Source of the DNA: Candidatus Peribacteria bacterium
Lineage (GTDB): Bacteria; Patescibacteriota; Gracilibacteria; Peribacterales; Peribacteraceae
Length of the DNA: 45,038 nt
Reading direction: 5' to 3'
NCBI GenBank assembly: GCA_009691305.1
Contig: SICS01000002.1
Coordinates: 1-45,038 of the forward strand
Shown here: positions 1 to 8,434 of the stretch, piece after piece
How positions within the stretch are numbered: position 1 is the stretch's first letter
Layout: the number at the start of each line of letters is the position of its first letter
Notes under the pieces: model-generated
What the model was told of the DNA's origin: nothing
Databases searched by the model: none
What the model saw: only the letters and a program-made list of their open reading frames with translations
Made by a program: the position numbers and the translations under genes

Positions 1-230
1 CTTCCACGAATATGCCCAATAGGCCGTCGGGCAGAAACGCTTGTCCCTGGATAACCAGGTGGGTGACCGCATCCCGTCACCACAGTGACGGGTGATTAAG
101 CCTCCCAATAAGACAATCAGAGAAGAAACGTTTAAGCCGCAAAACGTGCCATCGAGCTACGTGTCAAGTTACCGTGATGCACAGGCGCTGTCCAAGATTA
201 TTGCTGTTCAGAAGTGCCCAAAGTAATCCT

Positions 231-279
231 TGTCATCCCGAGTTTTTCGCTTCGGAGAAGCGAAAGTATCGAGGGGTCA
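231..279 (+). repeat. REP-like hairpin element, copy 1 (variant)
   Basis: TGTCATCCCGAG, then stem TTTCGCTTC / loop GGA / stem GAAGCGAAA, then GTATCGAGGGGTCA. Same architecture as the copies at 27.6, 31.1, 43.5, 43.6 and 44.8 kb. Lies just 3' of the convergent pgeF-like gene. Confidence 0.6.
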
Positions 280-288
280 TTAAGTCTC

Positions 289-1008
289 TCAACTTCTTTT
301 CAGCCCACCAACAAGCATGTTACTATGACCTGTTTTGACCATGTCACGGTCGCCCCCGCGGTAGGTCCAGTAGGTCTGCGGATTGCACCGCGTGCAGTCG
401 GGATGACGCTCGAAATGTTCAGGGGAAACTCCGAGTTCCAGAAATTGCGCTGTCGCAGCGCCTTGGAGATCAGCAAATTTTCCGTTGATGAATTCGGTCG
501 AGATATTTGGAAGCTCGCGTGCCGGGTCACTGAATTCCGCACACTGTTTACAGATCGACGGTCCCGCAGCGACGAGCGTCTCTCCCGGTGCGATGCCCCA
601 CTCCCCTTTCAGCACTGTGAAGAATTCTGGAATCGCCCCCGCGATCAGCCCTCTCCATCCCACATGCAAAACGCCACAGACATTCTGCGTCGGCGCAAAC
701 ATGACGAAATTCTGGCAGTCCGCCCACCGCGTGCAGAGGAGGAGATCAGGGGCATCGGTGAGCATTCCGTCTGCTTCTTGGGAGCGGTTGAGGTCCTGGG
801 AGCGGGCTGTCATCCTGAGCCCGTCGAAGGACGGCCCGCGTACGACCACCGTCCGCTTTCCATGCGCCTGATTCAATCCCGCAGCGTCTTTCATTCCAAG
901 AGTTTTCGCTGCAGCGGCGTCACTCCGAATGTCGTCCTCTTTTATGAAGATGCTGACGGCGATGCGGTCTGCAAAAGGCCGGAGGAAAAGAAAAGGAGAT
1001 TGGATCAT
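289..1008 (-). CDS. pgeF: YfiH/PgeF-family (DUF152, Cu-oxidase_4) purine nucleoside phosphorylase / peptidoglycan editing factor
   Basis: ORF 289..1107 minus contains the family motifs HVGWRG and C-terminal CTRCNPQTYWTYRGG. I start it at the internal ATG at 1008 (MIQSPF...) because the upstream part would overlap the divergent gene. Confidence 0.8.
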   Translation of the reverse strand: MIQSPFLFLRPFADRIAVSIFIKEDDIRSDAAAAKTLGMKDAAGLNQAHGKRTVVVRGPSFDGLRMTARSQDLNRSQEADGMLTDAPDLLLCTRWADCQNFVMFAPTQNVCGVLHVGWRGLIAGAIPEFFTVLKGEWGIAPGETLVAAGPSICKQCAEFSDPARELPNISTEFINGKFADLQGAATAQFLELGVSPEHFERHPDCTRCNPQTYWTYRGGDRDMVKTGHSNMLVGGLKRS

Positions 1009-1028
1009 TAAGTATACTATAGGTGTGT

Positions 1029-1649
1029 ATGGCGTTGAAGCAGAGCACATACTGGTCCAAGAAATATCCTGTGAAAACACAGGGGGTGCATCCGTTTGCA
1101 AAGGCAATGTTCAAACGCCTTCCGAAAAAGCCGGGCAAGCTGCTCGATTTGGGATGCGGATATGGTGACGATGCGCTGTATTTTGCACGTCGCGGATGGA
1201 ACGTAACGGGTCTGGATTTTTCTGCAGAGAGCATGCGCAGGCTGCGGAAGCGACTGGAGAAGAAAAATGTTGCAGTGGTTCCGGTGCAGCATGACATCAA
1301 AAAACGCCTGCCCTTCCCCGACAATTCATTTGATGCGCTCTTCGCCCATCTATCCGTGCATTACTTTGACGATACGACGACAGAGCGGATCTTTACAGAA
1401 ATGCGCCGTGTGCTGCGAAAAGGTGGGCTGCTATTTGTGAAATGTAAATCCGTCGATGATGCACTCTATGGGAAAGGAAAGCGGATAGGGTCAGATACGT
1501 ATAAATCGGATCACGTCCGACATTTTTTCAGTGCTGACTACATGCGGGAAAAACTTCGTCACTGTGAAATAAAAAATATCCGCAAATCTTCAGGGATCTA
1601 CGACACCCATAAATCCGCATTCGTCGAAGCTTTCGCAAAGAAAAATTGA
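1029..1649 (+). CDS. class I SAM-dependent methyltransferase
   Basis: SAM-binding motif I LLDLGCGYGDDALYFARRGWNVTGLDFS and overall Methyltransf_11/25-like layout. First ATG is at 1029 (the ORF track starts at GTG 1023). Confidence 0.8.
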   Translation: MALKQSTYWSKKYPVKTQGVHPFAKAMFKRLPKKPGKLLDLGCGYGDDALYFARRGWNVTGLDFSAESMRRLRKRLEKKNVAVVPVQHDIKKRLPFPDNSFDALFAHLSVHYFDDTTTERIFTEMRRVLRKGGLLFVKCKSVDDALYGKGKRIGSDTYKSDHVRHFFSADYMREKLRHCEIKNIRKSSGIYDTHKSAFVEAFAKKN

Positions 1650-2426
1650 CTATAACGTGTCCAATAGATGCGGAATTTGCCCAATCACATCGCGCGTCGT
1701 GTAGGCAAAGCCTTTCTCGTGCGCGAGGATCACGCCTGCGCGTTTGATCACCTTGCTCGCCATCACGCATGCCTCCGCCGGTTTGACGCCCTGTGCGACC
1801 AGTCCGCAGATGAGCCCGGCAAGTGCGTCTCCTGTTCCGCCAACCGTGAGCCCCGCGTTACCGCCTTTGGTACTCTTCACTTTTCCATCGGTTCCGGCCG
1901 TCTGGTCTATTTTTGCCTTGAGGTGGATCACGACGTCAGATGTTTTCGCAGCCTCGCCGATCTTCTTCGGATCAATGCCCATCCGTTCCAATTCACCCAG
2001 GTGCGGCGTCACGACAACAGTTTTTCCTTTCGCGGCAGTCAGTGTCCACGATTGTAGTGCAGTTGCATCGAGGATCATGGGGCAACGGGCAGAGGTGATG
2101 AGTTCTTGAATCAATTGTAGAGCGCCAGGCGTACGACTCAGCCCCGGACCGATGACCGCGCAGTCCACGGTCGCAAGTAATTCCAGTAGGGGCGGAAGAT
2201 CTTTCGCCCCTAATTCATTATCCAGAAACGGATGGACCTGAAAATTGAGGGATTGCATTCGCGCAACTTCCTGATGAATTGCGGGGAGTGCGAGGTAGAT
2301 CAGATCAACTCCGGACGCTTCTGCTGCGAGTGCGGAGAAGATAGGTGCACCGTGCTGATGCAGCGAGCCGCCGATGATGGCCACCTTTCCATTCTCGCCT
2401 TTGTGGGAATCAGAGGGTCGTTGCAT
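1650..2426 (-). CDS. nnrD: ADP-dependent NAD(P)H-hydrate dehydratase (YjeF C-terminal / carbohydrate kinase family)
   Basis: N-terminus HKGENGKVAIIGGS and C-terminal GGTGDALAGLI motif, typical of the YjeF_C family. 258 aa. Confidence 0.85.
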   Translation of the reverse strand: MQRPSDSHKGENGKVAIIGGSLHQHGAPIFSALAAEASGVDLIYLALPAIHQEVARMQSLNFQVHPFLDNELGAKDLPPLLELLATVDCAVIGPGLSRTPGALQLIQELITSARCPMILDATALQSWTLTAAKGKTVVVTPHLGELERMGIDPKKIGEAAKTSDVVIHLKAKIDQTAGTDGKVKSTKGGNAGLTVGGTGDALAGLICGLVAQGVKPAEACVMASKVIKRAGVILAHEKGFAYTTRDVIGQIPHLLDTL

Positions 2427-2519
2427 GGGTGAAGTCTACGCCTCCTCCAAACGCTTTCCCTTCTATACAGCCCTATTTCTGGACGAGGCGCGTTTGTGGT
2501 GATAGAAGTATCCATCCCC

Positions 2520-3911
2520 ATGTCCCTCGACCACCAATTGCACAATGGCGACACTCAAACGGAGCTTTCTCCTTCACGTTCACGGGAATCCAAACGTTCA
2601 CGGGGATCCAACGGCCACGTCAAAAGCCCATTGGAGACATACCTCAAAGAGATCGGTGAAGCGCCTCTGCTCACAGCCGGTGAAGAAAAGGAGTTGGGCC
2701 AGAAGATCAGGGCGGGTGATACGGAAGCCCGTGAACGCATGATCCGTTCGAATCTACGCCTTGTGGTGGGCATTGCGCATGGCTTTCTCGGCAAGGGTTT
2801 GGGATTGCAAGATCTTATCCAAGAAGGCGCACCCGGGTTGATGCGTGCCGTGCAAGGGTTCGACCCCGAATTCAACACGCGCTTTTCAACATATGCCACC
2901 TACTGGATCAAGCGGTCGATACGTCAAGCAATTGCCGATAAGGCAAGAAACATCCGACTTCCTTCCTACATGCCTTCAAAGCTGGCTCGTTGGAAAAAAT
3001 TGAGAGAGGAATTGAACGAGCTTTTCGGATACGAGCCGTCCTTCGACCAAATCGCCGATGAGTTTGGCCTCAAGAAGAACAGGATAAAGCAGCGGTCGCT
3101 CTTCAGGCAGGCTCTCATCAGTTCGAAGTCGACATGGCAGGATGGTGGTCCCAGCGGCGAGGCCCACATCGATGAAATGGTGCAGGATGAGAGAGAGGCA
3201 GCTGCTGAAGAGAAAATTATGGACGCCGAAAATATCGGTCTCATTTTGGAAATAATTGACCAATTGGATCCGCGCGAAGCCATGATCCTTCGCTTGCGCT
3301 ACGGACTGGCTGACGAGGAACCGAAAACACTCAAAGAAATTGGCGAGTCAGTTGGCCTCACCATGGAGCGTGTCCGCCGAATTCAAAGCGAAGCGATCGG
3401 GAAAATACAAAAAAAACTCCATCTATCTCCCGATAACAACGGCCAAGCCCTACAAGCGGAAGTGCGCATCTTTGCGCCCCCAACACCGAGCATGCTCATC
3501 CACGAGCATCAGGTGCTGCTCCGGCACCGCCTCCTTATCCTGACTCAGGTGAGCAAATTTCCTGGGCCAAAAAGAAAGCTCTTCCTTCGCTCAAAGGAAG
3601 TGAATCGGCAGCAATATTCACACCTGCAGTATTGCCGTGAGGCGATGAAGACCCTCTTGGAACCTGACCTGATGCAAAAATGGGAATTTGTTCTGGGGGT
3701 GTTACAGAATGTCCAGAGCATAGCCACAGACAAGATAAATATCTGCCTGCAGGGGCATGACATGAGCAAACAAAATTTTAATAAATACATGCTACGGATG
3801 GAGAACATCTCCTTTGCACACACCGTTGGAAAAATATCGGAGAAAGATCCGGCGAGGGCGTTCAAGGAAGTAGATTTTCTACAAAGTACAAAGCAGCCTA
3901 AGCGCGAGTGA
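2520..3911 (+). CDS. sigma-70 family RNA polymerase sigma factor (RpoD-like) with ~165-aa C-terminal extension
   Basis: Region 1.2/2 (YLKEIGEAPLLTAGEEKELGQKI, RMIRSNLRLVVGIAHGF, LQDLIQEG, FSTYATYWIKRSIRQAI). Region 4 (LDPREAMILRLRYGL, TLKEIGESVGLTMERVRRIQSEAIGKIQ). The frame stays open for a further ~165 codons with no recognisable domain. ATG at 2520; the track starts at GTG 2496. Confidence 0.85.
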   Translation: MSLDHQLHNGDTQTELSPSRSRESKRSRGSNGHVKSPLETYLKEIGEAPLLTAGEEKELGQKIRAGDTEARERMIRSNLRLVVGIAHGFLGKGLGLQDLIQEGAPGLMRAVQGFDPEFNTRFSTYATYWIKRSIRQAIADKARNIRLPSYMPSKLARWKKLREELNELFGYEPSFDQIADEFGLKKNRIKQRSLFRQALISSKSTWQDGGPSGEAHIDEMVQDEREAAAEEKIMDAENIGLILEIIDQLDPREAMILRLRYGLADEEPKTLKEIGESVGLTMERVRRIQSEAIGKIQKKLHLSPDNNGQALQAEVRIFAPPTPSMLIHEHQVLLRHRLLILTQVSKFPGPKRKLFLRSKEVNRQQYSHLQYCREAMKTLLEPDLMQKWEFVLGVLQNVQSIATDKINICLQGHDMSKQNFNKYMLRMENISFAHTVGKISEKDPARAFKEVDFLQSTKQPKRE

Positions 3912-5004
3912 AACGTTTGAATGCACCCGATACTTCAGCGGCGATGCGCTCCCGGAACCGCTCCGCCGAAAACTGTTTGGCATGTTCACGGATTCCGGTG
4001 GGGTCAAACTGTATGGTTGAGGACTTCTGCAGCGCCTGGATGAGCGACGGCACGGTCTGCTCGGCGAAGAAGAGGCCGGTCTTGCCGTCGATAACTGTAT
4101 CAAGCGTCCCGCCTTTGCCGTACGCAATCACGGGGGTGCCGCAAGCCTGCGCTTCTACCGGCACGAGACCGGCGTCCTCGTGCGTCGGGAAGAGGACGGC
4201 GCTGGCGGAGGCGTAGAGCAGGGGGAGTTCTTCATCCGTCACGCGTCCGCGGAAGGTCACGGTCGGGCCGGCCATCGCTTTCAATCTCCGCTCCTCCTGG
4301 CCTTTGCCGACGATCACGAGTGGCAACCGGAGCTCATTGGCGGCCGAGACCACGAGGTCGAACCGCTTGTACGGCACCAGCCGTCCCACGGCGAGCAGGG
4401 ATGACCGCTGCTTCGCGTCGACGAGCGCAGGCTTGAAGAAGCGGTCCTGCACCGGCGGCGGGATCACCGTTGATGTCCTCCCGTAGATGCGTTCGATGCG
4501 CCCCGCCGTCTCGCTCGAGTTCGCGATGAACGCGTCCACGCGCCTCGCCGTCGAGAGGTCCCACCGACGCAGGCGCATCAGTTCGCGCTTTACACGACGG
4601 CGCAGGATGTGCGGCACGTGGAAGTCATCCAGGTACTGGTTTTCCATCTCCCACGCGTAGCGCATCGGCGTGTGGCAGTAGCAGACGTGCACTGCGTTGC
4701 TCGGCGGGATGATCCCCTTCCCCACTGCATGGGATGAACTCACGATCACATCGAAGCCGTGGAAATCGATCCCCTCTATCGCGCGTGGCATGAGTGGCAG
4801 CAGCACCTGGTGCCGTCGAATCATTCGGTAGAAGCGTTGCAGTGGCGTCACGTGGATCAACCGGTCATCGAACAGTCCCGGCAGCTGCGGCTTCGCCACC
4901 GTTGTAAAGATGGGGCTCTCGGGCCAAAGCTGGTGCAGCTCCGCAAGCGCGCGCTCGGCTCCGCCTGCGGTCGTCAGCCAATCTGCAACGAGAGCCAATT
5001 TCAC
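3898..5004 (-). CDS. family 4 (GT-B) glycosyltransferase
   Basis: VKLALVADWLTTAGGAERAL N-terminus, and a C-terminal Glycos_transf_1 region (LVIVGKGQEE, EDAGLVPVEAQACGTPVIA). The 100 upstream codons of track ORF 3898..5301 look non-coding, so GTG 5004 is taken as the start. The 3' end overlaps the sigma gene by 14 nt (convergent). Confidence 0.85.
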   Translation of the reverse strand: MKLALVADWLTTAGGAERALAELHQLWPESPIFTTVAKPQLPGLFDDRLIHVTPLQRFYRMIRRHQVLLPLMPRAIEGIDFHGFDVIVSSSHAVGKGIIPPSNAVHVCYCHTPMRYAWEMENQYLDDFHVPHILRRRVKRELMRLRRWDLSTARRVDAFIANSSETAGRIERIYGRTSTVIPPPVQDRFFKPALVDAKQRSSLLAVGRLVPYKRFDLVVSAANELRLPLVIVGKGQEERRLKAMAGPTVTFRGRVTDEELPLLYASASAVLFPTHEDAGLVPVEAQACGTPVIAYGKGGTLDTVIDGKTGLFFAEQTVPSLIQALQKSSTIQFDPTGIREHAKQFSAERFRERIAAEVSGAFKRFTRA

Positions 5005-5023
5005 AATACAAGTATAGGGGAGC

Positions 5024-5062
5024 GGGCATACCTGCCCGCTGGGCAGGCAAGTATGCCTGCCC
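5024..5062. repeat. pair of GCAGGCA-N4-TGCCTGC type short hairpins in a divergent intergenic region
   Basis: GGGCATACCTGCCC (5024-5037) and GGGCAGGCAAGTATGCCTGCCC (5041-5062). The 18-mer core 5044-5061 recurs inverted at 43045-43062 and, with a different loop, at 39334-39351. Confidence 0.6.
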
Positions 5063-5104
5063 CCAGGAAACAATGCCTGCGCATATTTCCGTCGAGGCAT
5101 TAGA

Positions 5105-6064
5105 ATGCCCTCCGTGCTTAAACGTCTCACTCGCCCCCTCCCCCGCCAATTCAACCGCCCCGTCACCCAGGGGACGCGGATGTTCGTCGAGCGGCGGCAT
5201 AAGCGCGATCGCCAGCATTCCCGAGAGCGGTCACGCCGATGGGTCCGCCGGTGGAGGACGTTCCTGGTCGAACGGCTCGCTGCCTCCCGCCGCTGGTTCA
5301 AATACCTGCTCGCGCTCGCTGCCGTGCTTGTCGTGTGCCTCTTCCTCTTTTCACCGCTGCTCCAAATCCGCGAAGTCCGTGTCGTTCGTACCGAAGGCCG
5401 CGTAGACCTGCAGAAGGTGCTCGAGACGCTCTCGCCCCTCTATGGCCAGCACCTGCTGTTCCTCTCCACCCGCGACGTCACCGCGCGCGTGCGCCAGGTG
5501 GTGCCCGATGCGGTGAGCGTGAGTGTCACGAAGCAGTACCCGTCACAGGTATCGGTGCGCATCATGCTCGCGCCACTCGTCGCGCATGTGCGCATCGCAG
5601 CCGACGAAACATTACTCGCGTCGGGCAGTGGGTCGGTGGTGTCGTCCGGCGCGTCGGGTTCTGTCGTCATCAAAGCGGACAGCGAGTACCTCACCGGCAA
5701 CGGCCTCCTCGTCTCCGCCGACCGCCCGCCGACGGCGGAACCACTGCCCACCATCCGCGTCGTCGACTGGAGCGTGCGGCCCGTGCCTGGCACCGTGATC
5801 CTCCCCCCCGAATTTTTTGACCGGCTTCGCCGCGCCGAGAATGCGCTGACGCTGGAGTTCGGCCAACAGGTTGGCCTGCGCACCGTGTACCTTCGCGCGC
5901 GCGAATTCCACCTGGATACGCCCGCGATCAGTTTTTGGTTCGACATCCGCACGCCGCTCGAAGCCCAACTGCAGCGTCTGCGCACCTTCCTCAAAGCCGT
6001 AAAATTGCCCGAAGTGAAGGAGTACATCGATCTCCGGCTGACGGGGAGGGTTGTGTACCAATAA
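5105..6064 (+). CDS. ftsQ: cell division protein FtsQ/DivIB-like (POTRA domain)
   Basis: Arg-rich cytoplasmic N-terminus, one TM helix (YLLALAAVLVVCLFLF), then a POTRA-like segment IREVRVVRTEGRVDLQKVLETLSPLYGQHLLFLSTRDVTARVRQVVPDAVSVSVTKQYPSQVSVRI. Confidence 0.65.
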   Translation: MPSVLKRLTRPLPRQFNRPVTQGTRMFVERRHKRDRQHSRERSRRWVRRWRTFLVERLAASRRWFKYLLALAAVLVVCLFLFSPLLQIREVRVVRTEGRVDLQKVLETLSPLYGQHLLFLSTRDVTARVRQVVPDAVSVSVTKQYPSQVSVRIMLAPLVAHVRIAADETLLASGSGSVVSSGASGSVVIKADSEYLTGNGLLVSADRPPTAEPLPTIRVVDWSVRPVPGTVILPPEFFDRLRRAENALTLEFGQQVGLRTVYLRAREFHLDTPAISFWFDIRTPLEAQLQRLRTFLKAVKLPEVKEYIDLRLTGRVVYQ

Positions 6065-6076
6065 AACTCGGCAGTT

Positions 6077-6125
6077 AGGAGCGCGCGTTCGGCGCGCGTG
6101 ATCACGCAGGCCGAACGCCTGCTCC
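6077..6125 (+). repeat. 49-bp nested palindromic element, copy 1
   Basis: AGGAGCGCGCGTTCGGCGCGCGTGATCACGCAGGCCGAACGCCTGCTCC. Identical to 8340-8388. Outer arms GGAGC..GCGTTCGGC / GCCGAACGC..GCTCC surround the perfect palindrome GCGTGATCACGC. Confidence 0.85.
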
Positions 6126-6216
6126 CAATTTCTGCTGTATCAAGGGCACTCCGACGCTGGACAACCTTTCACTTTCTGGTCTTAATCGCTGCGATCCCTG
6201 CTACCATGCGCGCCGC

Positions 6217-7095
6217 ATGGAAAGCTTACCTCTTGTCCTGTCGGTCTTCCTGATGGGGCTGCTTCCGTTGTCGGTGGTGCCCACACCATCGCCATCGGCG
6301 GTCGCGTCGCTCTCGGTCGTCGCGCCGGCAATCATCGGCACGCAGGAATTCCCCGGCCAGCGCCTCGCCCGGTCCCTCTCCGCATCCGGCGTCGTGATCG
6401 TGGATCTCCAGAGCGGGCAGGAACTTTTCGCCCGGTACGCCGATACGCGGCGGTCGGTCGGGAGCCTCACCAAGCTCATGACGGCGGTGATCATTGCCGA
6501 GTCGCACGAGATGGATGAAGTCGTCACGGTCCCCAAAGGCATCGAGAAAACCGATGGCAGCACGATGCGCCTGCCGCCAGGTTCTCATTTCACCGTCGGC
6601 GACCTCCTCTCTGCCCTGCTCATCCCGTCGGCCAACGACGCTGCGGAGACGCTCGCTCGCTACCACAGCGGGTCGCGCGAAGCTTTCGTCAAAGAGATGA
6701 ATGAGCGTGCGGCGATGCTCGGGCTCCGCAATTCCTCCTTCGCTAACCCCAGTGGCCTCGATGACACTGTGCAGTGGTCGACCCCGCGTGACATCGCCTG
6801 GCTGGCCTCGTACGCGCTGCGCAACCCCGAGCTCCGCAGCCGGATGTCCACCGCGCATGCCACCATCAAGAGTGCCGAAGGCGATATTTTCACCCTCGAG
6901 CACACGCACGCTCTTCTCGGCAAAGACAGCATGGTCATCGCCGGCAAAACCGGCACCACCATCGCCGCCAAACAGTGCCTGTTCTCGCTCGTGACCGAAC
7001 ACGGGCGCGAGTACGTTGTCGTCCTGCTCGGGTCGCGTGAGCGCTACGCAGACATGCGTGCAGTGCTTCGGATCTTGGTCACGCTCTTCGCTTGA
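6217..7095 (+). CDS. D-alanyl-D-alanine carboxypeptidase (peptidase S11, PBP5/6 type)
   Basis: Signal peptide, then SxxK (SLTK in SVGSLTKLMTAVI), SxN (SAND) and KTG (KTGTT) motifs in canonical order. Confidence 0.85.
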   Translation: MESLPLVLSVFLMGLLPLSVVPTPSPSAVASLSVVAPAIIGTQEFPGQRLARSLSASGVVIVDLQSGQELFARYADTRRSVGSLTKLMTAVIIAESHEMDEVVTVPKGIEKTDGSTMRLPPGSHFTVGDLLSALLIPSANDAAETLARYHSGSREAFVKEMNERAAMLGLRNSSFANPSGLDDTVQWSTPRDIAWLASYALRNPELRSRMSTAHATIKSAEGDIFTLEHTHALLGKDSMVIAGKTGTTIAAKQCLFSLVTEHGREYVVVLLGSRERYADMRAVLRILVTLFA

Positions 7096-7100
7096 TTCCC

Positions 7101-8132
7101 ATGCGGACCCCCCTCATCCACTGGCTGTCGCTACGCGTGCGCATCCTGCTCGCCCTGCTGTTTGTCGTCAGCACGTTGCTGCCGCCGTACGTTCCCGTGT
7201 CCGCGGGTGCGATCGAAGATCTGGAATTGCCGTCGCAACAGTTCCTGTTCGTGGAGGAAGGCTTCCTCATGAAGACCTCGTCGCTCGGCGAGCAGGGCTC
7301 GCGCCTGGCGTTCGGCGAGGGCATCATGCACGTGGTGAAGGAAGGAGAATCGATCGAGAAGATCGCCGCGCACTACGGCATCACCGCGCAGACGATTCGC
7401 TGGGCCAATGGCCTCATCGGCACCAACACGCTCAAGCCGGGCCAGGAACTCCTCATCCTGCCGGTAGACGGCGTCATCCACACGGTGCGCCGTGGACAGA
7501 CACTCGGCCGCATCGCGCAGCTATACGACATCTCCGAGGCCGACATCGTTCGGCAAAATCGCATCCAGGGCGGCTTCATCCTGGCGGGACAACAGCTGGT
7601 CATCCCCGGCGGCAAGATGATCGGGAACACCACCATCGCGTCCGAAGGCTCGCTGCGGTTTGCCGACAGCCTGCCTACCAAAGACATCCGCCTCTCCATC
7701 AACCTTCCCAATAATGAGGGCCCGAGCATCGCCCCTATTGCGGGAGCACTCCTCTCGCAGACTCTGCTGCAGATGCCCTGCAAGGACTGTAAATTTACAC
7801 AGAAGTACGGTCCCGGGCACTACGCCGTCGACCTTCAGGAGAAGGGCGGTGGGCCTATCTATGCGGCTGAAGCCGGCATCGTGATTCGCGCCGACATGGG
7901 CTGGAACGGCGGCTACGGCAACGTGATCGAAATCGACCACGGCAACGGGCTCGTAACCCTCTACGCACATAACAAGATAATCAACGTGCGTGTGGGCGAT
8001 GCGGTCAGCCGTGGGCAGGGCATCGCCGAAATGGGCAACACCGGGCTCGTCCACGGTCCCACAGGCATCCACGTGCACTTCGAAGTCCGTGTGAACGGCG
8101 TAAAGAAGAACCCCGCGCTCTACCTGGAGTAG
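7101..8132 (+). CDS. LysM-domain M23 metallopeptidase
   Basis: Two LysM repeats (HVVKEGESIEKIAAHYGITAQTIRWANGL; HTVRRGQTLGRIAQLYDISEADIVRQN). M23 signature HYAVDL ... GYGNVIEIDHGNGLVTLYAHN ... GIHVHFEV. The track start TTG 7092 overlaps the dac stop; first ATG is at 7101. Confidence 0.88.
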   Translation: MRTPLIHWLSLRVRILLALLFVVSTLLPPYVPVSAGAIEDLELPSQQFLFVEEGFLMKTSSLGEQGSRLAFGEGIMHVVKEGESIEKIAAHYGITAQTIRWANGLIGTNTLKPGQELLILPVDGVIHTVRRGQTLGRIAQLYDISEADIVRQNRIQGGFILAGQQLVIPGGKMIGNTTIASEGSLRFADSLPTKDIRLSINLPNNEGPSIAPIAGALLSQTLLQMPCKDCKFTQKYGPGHYAVDLQEKGGGPIYAAEAGIVIRADMGWNGGYGNVIEIDHGNGLVTLYAHNKIINVRVGDAVSRGQGIAEMGNTGLVHGPTGIHVHFEVRVNGVKKNPALYLE

Positions 8133-8135
8133 TAT

Positions 8136-8164
8136 TTGCTATAAATACTGTTTTGTAGTATAAT
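8136..8164 (+). promoter_or_regulatory. near-consensus sigma-70 promoter (TTGCTA-N17-TATAAT)
   Basis: TTGCTA at 8136-8141, 17-nt spacer, TATAAT at 8159-8164. Located upstream of the small ORF, MBOAT and AlgJ-like genes. Confidence 0.5.
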
Positions 8165-8194
8165 ATTCACAGACACCAATATCCCAACACGCGT

Positions 8195-8329
8195 ATGGAT
8201 ACCGCCAATTTGCACCGGTCTTTCTGGGAACTCATCCGCGATCCCTACGTCCGGAGCGGGCTCTACCTGTGGCTGATGATCGCGGGGTTGTGCGTGCTGG
8301 TGGCGAATGGGTTGGGGACTGGAATCTGA
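8195..8329 (+). CDS. possible 44-aa single-TM membrane peptide preceding the MBOAT gene
   Basis: ATG 8195 to TGA 8327-8329: MDTANLHRSFWELIRDPYVRSGLYLWLMIAGLCVLVANGLGTGI. GC-rich codons like neighbouring genes and one hydrophobic helix. No clear SD; too short for the ORF track. Confidence 0.3.
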   Translation: MDTANLHRSFWELIRDPYVRSGLYLWLMIAGLCVLVANGLGTGI

Positions 8330-8339
8330 TAGAGCAATC

Positions 8340-8388
8340 AGGAGCGCGCGTTCGGCGCGCGTGATCACGCAGGCCGAACGCCTGCTCC
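8340..8388 (+). repeat. 49-bp nested palindromic element, copy 2
   Basis: 49/49 identical to 6077-6125, same orientation. Sits between the small ORF and the MBOAT gene. Confidence 0.85.
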
Positions 8389-8434
8389 TAAGCAATAGTT
8401 TGATATACTTCAGCTCTCGTGTTCGCACGGCCCT

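Noticed and set aside
1-230. The window start as RNase P RNA, tmRNA or SRP RNA.
   Set aside because: Isolated resemblances (GCCCAATAGG, TAAGCCGC) do not extend to the conserved P4, tRNA-like or domain IV cores on either strand.
3898-5301. Full-length track ORFs with long N-terminal extensions (GT4 3898-5301, cysS 20873-22462, csrA 20647-20910, S-layer 23171-27544, yidC 16828-18270, fbaB to 19931, DHS-like to 32348, pgeF-like to 1107).
   Set aside because: The family-conserved N-termini begin at internal start codons. The upstream extensions are Arg-rich or hydrophobic nonsense, overlap neighbouring genes or terminators, or precede a clear signal peptide.
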